Origin: an uncultured delta proteobacterium
Lineage (GTDB): Bacteria > Desulfobacterota > Syntrophia > Syntrophales > Smithellaceae
Assembly (NCBI GenBank): GCA_963762595.1
Contig: CAVXLI010000025.1
Span: 90,366-154,365 of the forward strand
Length of the DNA stretch: 64,000 nt
Direction: 5' to 3'
Of this stretch, positions 31,064 to 40,004 are shown in pieces. The notes under the pieces are model-generated. The model was given only the letters and a program-made list of their open reading frames with translations, was not told the origin of the DNA and searched no databases. Numbering within the stretch: position 1 is the first letter of the stretch; each line of letters begins with the position of its first letter. A program made the translations under genes and the position numbers.

Positions 31064-32139
31064 TTGTCGCCTATTGTCCTTAGACCCAATCCTACAGCAA
31101 CTGCAGCAATTGGTTTAATGTTTTCTAATGTTTTGGAATCAATATTCCTTTTGTTATGGCCAATTTTTAAAAAAGGATTGATCAATTCCGTGTCGACATT
31201 CAACTTTTGCGATAAATTTGCCGCCAATCCGAGAATTCTGGCCGATCCGCCGGAAAGAAAGACACGCTTAATGTATTCGCCGCCAAAAGTCGAACGGAAG
31301 TAATCAATAGATCTTTCAATTTCGGAACAAATAGGTTCGGCAAAATCCAGGATGCTGTTTCTCAAGTCCAAAATCTCCTGTTCATTGCCGGGAAGGCCTT
31401 CGACCTTTATTTTTTCCGCTTCCTCAAAAGTTACGCCGTATTTTTCTTGCAAACCTTCAGTGATGGAGTTACCGCCCAGAGTGAAATCTCTTGTGAAAAT
31501 CGACATGCCGCCTTTGATAACATTAATATTGGTAAGACTTGCGCCGATGCGAACAATAACAACAATTTCATTATCTTCGAATTCATAGTTGGCCTCATAC
31601 ATAGTTTCCAAAGCAAAAGAATCCACATCCATGATCACTACGTTGAGACCAGCAGCCGTAACTGCGTTCAGATAATTGTTAACCATATCTTTTTTGGCAG
31701 CCACAATAATAACGTCCATTTGATTGGGATTGTATTCATTATCACCCAAAATCTGGAAATCGTAATTAACTTCGTCCATATTATCAAAGGGCAAGTATTT
31801 GCCTGCTTCGTCACGAATTAAATCACGTAATTCTGCTTCATCCATTTGGGCAAATGTTACCTTTTTCACGATAACGGAATTTCCGGAAAGAGAAGTGACT
31901 ATACCTTTGCCTCTGCAGCCTGAATTCCAAAAGAGTTCCTTGATTTTCAAGGACAGCGCCCTGGAATCGCTTAAGACACCTTCAATGATTATCCCTTTAG
32001 GCAAAGGAAGCTGCATGAAGCGATTAAGAATGTAACCATTGGCCGTGCTGAGGACTTCGGCCAATTTTAAAGAACTTGAACCGATGTCCAGACCGACAAG
32101 TTTCTTAGATCTCGAAAAAATTCCTTTTGGTTCTAACAT
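31060..32139 (-). CDS. pilM: Type IV pilus assembly ATPase-like protein PilM
   Basis: This is an intact 359-aa ORF with an actin-like fold (VGLDIGSSSLK, LSGGSA). It overlaps pilN by 4 nt. Confidence 0.85.
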   Translation of the reverse strand: MLEPKGIFSRSKKLVGLDIGSSSLKLAEVLSTANGYILNRFMQLPLPKGIIIEGVLSDSRALSLKIKELFWNSGCRGKGIVTSLSGNSVIVKKVTFAQMDEAELRDLIRDEAGKYLPFDNMDEVNYDFQILGDNEYNPNQMDVIIVAAKKDMVNNYLNAVTAAGLNVVIMDVDSFALETMYEANYEFEDNEIVVIVRIGASLTNINVIKGGMSIFTRDFTLGGNSITEGLQEKYGVTFEEAEKIKVEGLPGNEQEILDLRNSILDFAEPICSEIERSIDYFRSTFGGEYIKRVFLSGGSARILGLAANLSQKLNVDTELINPFLKIGHNKRNIDSKTLENIKPIAAVAVGLGLRTIGDK

Positions 32140-32169
32140 TGAAAAGCCACCACATTGTTTTTAACTAAA

Positions 32170-32457
32170 TTATTTTACCAACCGATAGACAATGTCTCCT
32201 TCTTTAACCATACCCAATTCGTTGCGAGCCAATGCTTCAATATAGGTCAAGTTGTTGCGCAATAAAAGTATTTTCCTTTTTAAGTCGTTGTTTTCTGTTG
32301 TTATTTCATTGCTTTGCGACTTTAACTGAGCCAACCGCTTGCTCACTAAATAATTATCAACAAGCCCTCTATTGCCGAACGTTATCAAAAGAGCCATTAG
32401 CAGCAAAAAGACAACCAGATACCTGCCTATCTTCATTTGGAAATACTCCTCCCGCAT
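32170..32457 (-). CDS. Septum formation initiator (FtsB/DivIC family)
   Basis: This 95-aa ORF has one TM segment, a coiled coil and the family-typical ending ..ARNELGMVKEGDIVYR. Confidence 0.7.
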   Translation of the reverse strand: MREEYFQMKIGRYLVVFLLLMALLITFGNRGLVDNYLVSKRLAQLKSQSNEITTENNDLKRKILLLRNNLTYIEALARNELGMVKEGDIVYRLVK

Positions 32458-32497
32458 TCAAAACGGCAGAAATTAATCCTATGTATCCATTGTCTTT

Positions 32498-32695
32498 TCA
32501 AGGAAACACTTCTTCGTAAGGTTTCTGCAGCGCCTTGGCTACTTTCAATTCCGAATTCTTCCTTGTTGACAATCCTTTTTCCATTTTGGCAATTGTCTGG
32601 GGGGCCAATTCGGCCTTCCTTGCCAATTCAGCTATGCTTAACGGAATTGTCTCTCGAAATTTTTTTACTCTATTTTTCTTAATATTATCTATCAT
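32498..32695 (-). CDS. Small XRE-family helix-turn-helix transcriptional regulator
   Basis: This 65-aa ORF carries the HTH LSIAELARKAELAPQTIAKMEKG. Confidence 0.7.
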   Translation of the reverse strand: MIDNIKKNRVKKFRETIPLSIAELARKAELAPQTIAKMEKGLSTRKNSELKVAKALQKPYEEVFP

Positions 32696-32767
32696 AGATT
32701 AAAGCGTCACCTCATTATGATTGCTAAAAAACACTAACTTTAAAGAAAAGTCAAGCAAAACATTTAA

Positions 32768-32809
32768 TATTGATTAAAATTAATTAATATTAATTAATTT
32801 TAATCAATA
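32768..32809. promoter_or_regulatory. Perfect 42-bp palindrome (operator or structural element candidate) upstream of the XRE gene
   Basis: I checked TATTGATTAAAATTAATTAAT|ATTAATTAATTTTAATCAATA base by base: 21/21 complementary pairs, with a single G:C pair per arm. Confidence 0.6.
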
Positions 32810-32934
32810 AAACAAATAATTCTCAATAATTAGTATTTCTTCCGAGTATTATTTACTTCAAGGAACCAAAGAAAGTGCAATTAAGCGTAATGCTGGAATT
32901 TTTATGAGTTAAACAAAGTAAAAACCTGGACAAA

Positions 32935-34111
32935 TTAAATTTTTACAGAAGGTAAAATTTGTTGGGGTTCACCCAATATAAATTTGCCGCTTTCGATCCA
33001 TTCCTTTAATATATTGGCAATTTGCACTGCTTTGTAATAACTGGATAAAGGTGCAGTAATAATTTTTTTATCGTCGATGACTATGGTTCCACTGCGCAAA
33101 TCTTTGTAACTGACTTCCGCTAAAGGTTTGGCCACACCTTTAGGGTAATCCATGCTGTAATCATAAACTTGGGTATAAATGTCTTCATCTTTGACTGCTG
33201 TAAAGCGAGCCATTTCTTCATCCAAAATAGGTATAGGAATCCCTATCCCTACGAACAAGGAAACTCCATAACCTAAAATACTGGCTCCGGCCAGCCATTC
33301 CGGAATCATTTCTTTTAGATTGCCCACAACGGCAATTGTACCGGCTCCCTGTTTAGGAACACCATTTGCTGTCCGGGGCACATTGGGATTATGCTGGGTG
33401 CCGGGCCAGGCGACAAATCCCTGTGCTCCGCCTAAGAAATATCCGTGTACCGACACCGATTGTCCGGTAATAAGGATCATTAAATAAAGGACTCAATTGT
33501 CCGGATGTCGCATAAGCGGCATTGGCCATTCGCGGACGAAGCATGCCCATGTATGTATAAATTGTTGTGTCGGATAAATTAACGGCGCAATTGTAATTTT
33601 GATAAGCATTGCGCGGATTAAACAAAATTGCATCCTGTAAATCATTTATCGTGATGTTTCTTTCGTATTTCCTTGCGGGATAACAATCAGTTCCATAACC
33701 TTCGGCGCGCAGTTTAACAACATTTCCGGCGACGAAATCTTCAATTACATGACCGCCGCCGTAATTAAATTCACCGGGATAAACGCTGTTGAGCGGATCC
33801 CCTTCCACAACTTCGGTTGCACCGATGTAACAATCCACGGCGGCAATCCCGCCATAGGCGGGTACATCGTTTAACCAAACCTTGGATGCTCGAATACGAG
33901 GAGAAGTATGACCGAAATTAAGAAAAGCTCCCGAAGAACACATCGGACTGAAAGTTCCGGTAGTAACAACATCAATTTTACGGGCGGCTTCAACTTCGCC
34001 GTGTCTTTCCACAATATCAATCATTTCTTCTGCTGTTACGACGACAGCACGCCCATCTTTGATTTTTTCGTTAATTTCCTGAAATGTTTTTTTGACTTTG
34101 AATTTTTTCAT
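32935..34111 (-). CDS. COG1900/DUF39 homocysteine biosynthesis protein, disrupted as assembled (one frame switch near 33390-33480)
   Basis: ORF 33389-34111 (VVTTGTFSPMCSSGAFLNFGH) and ORF 32935-33480 tile the family. Confidence 0.65.
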
Positions 34112-34212
34112 GCTCGGATTTTTTTTATCCCGGATATATTTACATCATTTTCTTATCATTATTTAAAGCCAATTGCAAAATCAAAGGCAGTTTTATACGG
34201 ATAAGCTTAATT

Positions 34213-34656
34213 TCAGGTATGGCCAAATCCGCCGCTTCCTCTGGACGTATCGGTCAGTTCGGCGGTTTCGACCCAATCTAAACGGCAAATTTTCTGTATG
34301 ATCATTTGCGCTAAGCGCATACCTCTTTTAACGACAAAAGGCTCTTCTCCATGATTGATGACAATCAAGGCAATTTCTCCTCGATAATCAGCATCAATTG
34401 TGCCCGGTGAATTGAGCAATGTTATTCCCTGATTTATGGCCAGTCCGCTACGCGGTCTTATTTGCGCTTCATAACCTTCGGGCAAGGCTATCTCAATGCC
34501 CGTAGGTATTTTTTTCCGCTGACCGGGCAGAATAATCTCTTCTTCAGTTACAGCCGCAAATATATCCATTCCGGCAGCCTGGTTAGTCATGTATCGAGGC
34601 AAAGGAATATCGTCATTACCGTCAGTTTTTTGTATACATACCTCAATTTTTTCCAT
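34213..34656 (-). CDS. dut: dUTP diphosphatase
   Basis: This is an intact 147-aa ORF with [21 protein letters not shown] and GGFGHT. Confidence 0.9.
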   Translation of the reverse strand: MEKIEVCIQKTDGNDDIPLPRYMTNQAAGMDIFAAVTEEEIILPGQRKKIPTGIEIALPEGYEAQIRPRSGLAINQGITLLNSPGTIDADYRGEIALIVINHGEEPFVVKRGMRLAQMIIQKICRLDWVETAELTDTSRGSGGFGHT

Positions 34657-34735
34657 TATGTTTCCAATTGAAAATATTTATCAGCTCACTTGAAAATAAA
34701 GTTAGCAGCATACAGATATTTGTTTTTACGATAAG

Positions 34736-34782
34736 AGCCGTTTTGTAACCATTTAGCTATGATTACAAAACGGCTATTTTTT
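34736..34782. terminator. Strong hairpin in the pnp-dut spacer; the T-tract is on the + strand only
   Basis: AGCCGTTTTGTAA-14 nt-TTACAAAACGGCT forms a 13-bp perfect stem, followed by ATTTTTT on the + strand. Both flanking genes are on the minus strand. Confidence 0.45.
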
Positions 34783-34810
34783 GGAAGGTTGCGGTGGATC
34801 TTGATTCGAC

Positions 34811-36931
34811 TTATTTTACTTCTGCCCCCAGTGCATCTTTACGGCTAAGTCGTATCTTGCCCTGTTTGTCTATTTCCAGAACTTTCACCATTACTTCATC
34901 GCCTTCTTTCAAAACGTCGGTAACTTTATTTATTCTTTCCTTGGCGATTTGCGATATATGCAGCAGGCCTTCAGTTCCCGGTAAAATTTCGACAAAGGCT
35001 CCAAAATCAACTATTTTCTTTACTGTGCCGTTATAAATTTTTCCGACTTCAGCTTCCTCGGTTAGCCATTTGACCATGGCCACAGCACGGGCTGCCGCTT
35101 CGGCATCGCTGGACGCAATTGTTACCGTGCCGTCATCTTCAACGTCAATGGTAACTCCGGTTTCACTTATAATCTGCCGGATATTCTTGCCGCCTGACCC
35201 AATAACCGTGCGTACCTGATCTTCCTTGACTTTGACGGTCGTAATACGCGGCGCATAAATAGAAATATCCGAACGCGGCGCGGCAATCGTCTCACGTAAT
35301 TTATTGATTATAAAGATTCTTCCTTCCTTTGCCTGCTCCAGAGCTGCTCGCAAAATATCTTCGGTCAGGCCGTCAATTTTAATATCCATTTGCATGGCTG
35401 TCACACCTTTTTCGGTTCCGCAGACTTTAAAATCCATATCTCCGGCATGGTCCTCGTCACCCAGAATATCCGATAAAACAACAACTTTGTCTCCCTCTTT
35501 CAAAAGGCCCATGGCAATGCCGGCGACAATGTTTTTTACCGGTACACCCGCATCCATTAAGGAGAGAATGCCTCCGCAAACTGTTGCCATCGAAGATGAA
35601 CCGTTGGAAGAAAGAATCTCGGAAACTATTCTGATGGTGTAGGGGAATTCTTCCGGCGAGGGTAAAACAGGCACCAGTGATTTTCGCGCTAACGCTCCGT
35701 GGCCAATTTCTCTTCTGCCGGGGCTGCGCAGGGGCTTGGCTTCGCCGACACAATAGGGCGGGAAATTATAATGAAGCATAAAGGATCTCAGCTCTTCGCC
35801 GCTTATATAATCCATGCGCTGTTCGTCGGAAGATGTTCCCAAAGTAAGGGCTACCAACGCTTGCGTCTCGCCGCGGTTGAATAATGCCGAGCCGTGGGCG
35901 CGGGGTAGTACCCCGACTTCAGCACTAATCGGACGAATGTCAGTAGAAGACCTGCCGTCAATTCTTTTTTTCTCTTTTATTATCATTTCGCGCAGTATAC
36001 GCCGCTCTAATTCTTCAATAATGCCATCTACTTTAGCGCACAAAACGTCATCATCGCCGCCGATGTTTTTCCTTGCCCGTTCTCTTACTTCGTCCAGTTT
36101 GCCGTAACGCTCCAGTTTCCGGGGCATATTGTAGGCTTCCTTGAGGCCTTCCATGGCCTCGGCGCTTACGCTGGAGATTAGTTTTTCATCGGACTTCACC
36201 GCTTCGAGATGCCTTTTTTCTTTGCCGACTGCGTGGCGCATTTTATCCTGCAGATCGATTGCCGGACGAATTGCTTCCAAACCGAATTTTATGGCATCAA
36301 TTATTACGTTTTCTTCAATCTCTTTGGCATCACCCTCCATCATGACCAGTTCAACATCATAAGGCATGCCCGATTTACCTGGTGTCACTTTTCTACCTAC
36401 CAGAAAAATATTCAATTCACTTTCCTGCATTTTTTCCGTTGAAGCATTGCAGGTAAACTCTCCGTTTATTCTTCCCACACGCACACCGGCTATCGGTCCT
36501 TTAAAAGGTATATTTGATATTTCCAAAGCGGCCGAAGCCCCGATCATGGCTGTAACATCAGAGTCGTTTTCTTTATCCACGGAAAGAACAGTCGCTACTA
36601 ATTGCGTTTCAAAAAAATATCCCTTGGGAAATAAAGGACGAATTGATCTGTCAATTACGCGGGATGTTAAAATTTCTTTTTCATTGGGACGTCCCTCTCT
36701 TTTAAAGAACCCCCCCGGAATTTTTCCGGCGGCAAAAGTCATTTCCTGATAGTCCACAGTCAAGGGCAGAAAATCGACTCCCTCCCTTGCTCCCTTTAAA
36801 GAAACTGCCGTTACCAAAACAACTGTGTCGCCGTAATAAGCCAATATTGAGCCATCAGCCTGACCGGCAACGTAATTAGTTTTCAGAGAAACATTACGAC
36901 CGGCAAAATCAGCACTAAATATATTACTCAT
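34811..36931 (-). CDS. pnp: Polyribonucleotide nucleotidyltransferase (PNPase)
   Basis: This is an intact 706-aa ORF with two RNase PH domains, a KH domain and an S1 domain (GTVKKIVDFGAFVEILPG). Confidence 0.95.
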   Translation of the reverse strand: MSNIFSADFAGRNVSLKTNYVAGQADGSILAYYGDTVVLVTAVSLKGAREGVDFLPLTVDYQEMTFAAGKIPGGFFKREGRPNEKEILTSRVIDRSIRPLFPKGYFFETQLVATVLSVDKENDSDVTAMIGASAALEISNIPFKGPIAGVRVGRINGEFTCNASTEKMQESELNIFLVGRKVTPGKSGMPYDVELVMMEGDAKEIEENVIIDAIKFGLEAIRPAIDLQDKMRHAVGKEKRHLEAVKSDEKLISSVSAEAMEGLKEAYNMPRKLERYGKLDEVRERARKNIGGDDDVLCAKVDGIIEELERRILREMIIKEKKRIDGRSSTDIRPISAEVGVLPRAHGSALFNRGETQALVALTLGTSSDEQRMDYISGEELRSFMLHYNFPPYCVGEAKPLRSPGRREIGHGALARKSLVPVLPSPEEFPYTIRIVSEILSSNGSSSMATVCGGILSLMDAGVPVKNIVAGIAMGLLKEGDKVVVLSDILGDEDHAGDMDFKVCGTEKGVTAMQMDIKIDGLTEDILRAALEQAKEGRIFIINKLRETIAAPRSDISIYAPRITTVKVKEDQVRTVIGSGGKNIRQIISETGVTIDVEDDGTVTIASSDAEAAARAVAMVKWLTEEAEVGKIYNGTVKKIVDFGAFVEILPGTEGLLHISQIAKERINKVTDVLKEGDEVMVKVLEIDKQGKIRLSRKDALGAEVK

Positions 36932-37063
36932 TCATTTTTCCTCCAACTTATTCCAAAAAAACCTAAACCAGGAAGCTCAAGAACGATAGCAATAACCGAT
37001 TCACGCTTACTCACTAATTCACACGGGAAATCGGACAAGCTGTTATCTTTCGCCCTCGCGCTT

Positions 37064-37330
37064 TTATTTCCTGAGTCCCAGCCGTTTAACTATATTTCTG
37101 TATCGCTCGACGTCATTATCTTTAATGTAATTGAGAAGCCTTCTTCTTTGACCGACTAATTTCAATAGGCCGCGGCGCGAATGATGATCTTTTTTGTGCG
37201 CTTTAAAGTGTTCCGTCAGATATTCTATTCTGGCGCTTAAAAGTGCAATCTGGACTTCGGGAGAGCCCGTATCCTTTTCATGAAGCCGATAATCTGCAAT
37301 TAATGTTTTCCTCTTTTCCAAAGTTAACAC
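37064..37330 (-). CDS. rpsO: 30S ribosomal protein S15
   Basis: This 88-aa ORF has a GTG start, [13 protein letters not shown] and [11 protein letters not shown]. Confidence 0.9.
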   Translation of the reverse strand: MLTLEKRKTLIADYRLHEKDTGSPEVQIALLSARIEYLTEHFKAHKKDHHSRRGLLKLVGQRRRLLNYIKDNDVERYRNIVKRLGLRK

Positions 37331-37380
37331 GCTTTTTTCCTCCCTAAATAATTAATTCCCTTTTTATCTTAAATTTATTT

Positions 37381-38322
37381 TTAATTGCTAATATTGTTAA
37401 ATACTCGGACAATCCTTGCTGCCTGGCACTTTCCATCAAATTCAGAAAACTTATTTACCGGTATTATCATTTCCGCCAATGCCACAAGATTCCCGCTATA
37501 GCTGATGAACTTTAGCATATCTCCAGCTTCAAGAAAAGGGAGAACATGAGCGTTCATCATTTCCACAGAAGGTTGAAATCCGTCGCGCAGCTTGTTGGCA
37601 AAATCTTCTGCCACTTCAATTGCGGCAAGCAAAGGCAACGATTTTGTCATGGGCAGCATTTTTTCCACCAGTTCGATTTTTTTCTCTGCGTAGCCATAAT
37701 TATTCAGTGACACGGCCATATCTTCGGAAAAAAATCCACTGCGCAATCGGCGAAGGCCGATTAAGCAAGCGCCGCAACCGAGCAGTTCTCCAACATCGGA
37801 ACACAGTTGCCGTATATATGTTCCTTTAGAACAAGCAATCATAAAAGTCACGCGGGGGAATGAAATCTTCTGTATCGCAATATTGGAAATTTCCACCTCC
37901 CGCGCCGCCGTTTTCAGGAACACGCCCTTTCGTGCGTATTTGTATAAAGGCTTTCCGCCATATTTGACTGCCGAAAAGGCAGGAGGTACTTGGCTGATTT
38001 TTCCCACCATTTTAGCGAGTGCCGCCTTTATTTCTTCGTCGCTGACTACTTTGTCTGATTTGGCGATAATTTTACCTTCCGTATCCAATGTATCCGTTTT
38101 AACGCCCAGCAACATTGTCGCTGCGTATTCTTTGCTTTCGCCGGATAAAAATTGTGCCAGTTTTGTCGCCTCATTCAGGCAGACCGGAAGCACTCCGGTA
38201 GCCATCGGATCAAGTGTTCCGGTATGACCGGCTTTTTTCGCGCCTAATATTTTTTTTACTTCACTCACTATGTCATGTGAAGTTTTTCCGGCCGGTTTAT
38301 CAATAATAACTATACCATTCAT
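37381..38322 (-). CDS. truB: tRNA pseudouridine(55) synthase
   Basis: This is an intact 313-aa ORF with GHTGTLDPMATGVLPV. Confidence 0.9.
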   Translation of the reverse strand: MNGIVIIDKPAGKTSHDIVSEVKKILGAKKAGHTGTLDPMATGVLPVCLNEATKLAQFLSGESKEYAATMLLGVKTDTLDTEGKIIAKSDKVVSDEEIKAALAKMVGKISQVPPAFSAVKYGGKPLYKYARKGVFLKTAAREVEISNIAIQKISFPRVTFMIACSKGTYIRQLCSDVGELLGCGACLIGLRRLRSGFFSEDMAVSLNNYGYAEKKIELVEKMLPMTKSLPLLAAIEVAEDFANKLRDGFQPSVEMMNAHVLPFLEAGDMLKFISYSGNLVALAEMIIPVNKFSEFDGKCQAARIVRVFNNISN

Positions 38323-38328
38323 AAAGCA

Positions 38329-39278
38329 CTATATTTCTTTAATTGCCTGGAAAATCTGGAGCTTAATTGTGTCAATATTTCCCTTAATCCTGCAGGCTGC
38401 CGCATTAATATGGCCGCCGCCGCCAAACTTTTTTGCTATTTTTTCCACATTCACACCGCCTTTAGAACGTAAACTTAGTTTGAAATAGTCGTCTGCCAGC
38501 TGAGTGTAAAGAATCGATATGGAGATTTCTTTAACTGTGCGGGGTATATCGACAAATCCCTCAGTATGTTCCAAAGAAGCGCCCGTATTCCTTAGCGCGT
38601 TTTGTGTAACCACCAATGAGCCTACTTTATTTTTCAAATCCAGAGATAATGTTTCCAGTACTTTGGCCAGCAATTTTAGCTTTGCCGGTGAATCGCTTTC
38701 GTAAATATTTTCCGAAATCCACTGCGGATCAGCGCCGCTTTCCACTAAATTGCCCGCTACCCAAAGAGTTTCCTTGTGCGTAGTGGAGTAACGGAAACCT
38801 CCGGTATCTGTTAGTATTGCCGCGTACAAATTAGTGCAAATATCTCTAGTCATATTGCAGCGCATTTGCTTGATCAAACGGAAAAGCAATTCTCCTGTTG
38901 AACTTGCTTGAGCATCCAATATTCTTAACGGAGAAAAAACTCCGTTGGAAACATGGTGATCAATGTTAATTATTTTATTTATCTTCGCGATTTCATCCGC
39001 TTTATCTCCCACTCGTTCTAACTCACTGCAATCAAGAACGAAAACGGCGTCATATTGTTTAACATCGCCCAGATGGTGAACTATTTTCTGCGCCGCCGGC
39101 AAAAAACAATAGTTCTTGGCGTATCATCCTGATTATAAACAACTGCTTTTTTTCCCAAATCACTTAGCGTAAGAAAAAGCGCCAGTTCCGAACCTAAAGC
39201 GTCTCCATCCAGTCTAACGTGGGATGTAATTAAAAAGCTCTGTCCTTCATTTATAGCCTCGATAATTTTGTCAATCAT
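38329..39278 (-). CDS. DHH/DHHA1 phosphoesterase (NrnA-like oligoribonuclease/pAp phosphatase), disrupted as assembled (one frame switch near 39085)
   Basis: It has HVRLDGDALGS, a DHH motif (IDHHVSN) and GGGHINAA. The start ATG at 39278 overlaps the rbfA stop (ATGA). Confidence 0.7.
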
Positions 39279-39632
39279 TTTTTCCTTCCTGTTGCGCGAT
39301 ATCGGCCAATATTTTATCAATACGGTTGCCGTAACCAAAAGATTGATCATGAACAAAAGTAATTTCCGGCACAAAACGCAATTTCAATCTTTTGCCTAAT
39401 TCCCGTCGCACAAAACCGGTCGCCCTGAGTTAAACCGGTTCTGATTTCGGAAGAGCATTCATCTTTGCCCATTTCGACAAAATAAATCTTGGCATTACGC
39501 AAATCATCGCTTACTTTCACGGAGGTGATGGTTAATCGCCTGTACTCGCGGATCTTTCACTTCCTTGAAAATAATTTCGGACATTTCCGCCATGATTAAT
39601 TCGGCTACTCTGTCCGCTCTTTTAAAGTTCAT
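39275..39632 (-). CDS. rbfA: Ribosome-binding factor A, disrupted as assembled (about two frame switches)
   Basis: The sequence reads MNFKRADRVAELIMAEMSEIIFKEVKDPRV, then ITSVKVSDDLRNAKIYF, then ..LKLRFVPEITFVHD in shifted frames. Confidence 0.75.
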
Positions 39633-39960
39633 CGTACTTTCCTTTTTCCCAGTCGGCGACTTCCAGAAAACTGGAAACAACCATAATTTCTATTTTGCTG
39701 TTTAATATTTCGGCTGCGCGCAGATTATCGACAAATCTGAGCAGATGATCAACTTTTCCATTGATATAGCGTGAATCATTGCCAACAACGGCAAATCCAA
39801 TTTCGGCAAATTTATAGTTATCCAGATTACCTATTTCCGCGATGGATACATTAAACTCATTTTGAGTTCGCTTTAAAATTTTGTTCAAAACGCTTCTCTT
39901 TTCTTTCAAAGAACCGCTTTCCGGAATTCGTAAATTTATGATTCCGTAGCCAATAACCAT
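39622..39960 (-). CDS. DUF503 family protein
   Basis: This is an intact 112-aa ORF in the conserved position between infB and rbfA. It reads LRIPESGSLKEKRSV. Confidence 0.7.
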   Translation of the reverse strand: MVIGYGIINLRIPESGSLKEKRSVLNKILKRTQNEFNVSIAEIGNLDNYKFAEIGFAVVGNDSRYINGKVDHLLRFVDNLRAAEILNSKIEIMVVSSFLEVADWEKGKYDEL

Positions 39961-40004
39961 AAAACTTTTCCGTGACCATTCAGTTTAAAAAGAAATCTCC
40001 ATTG

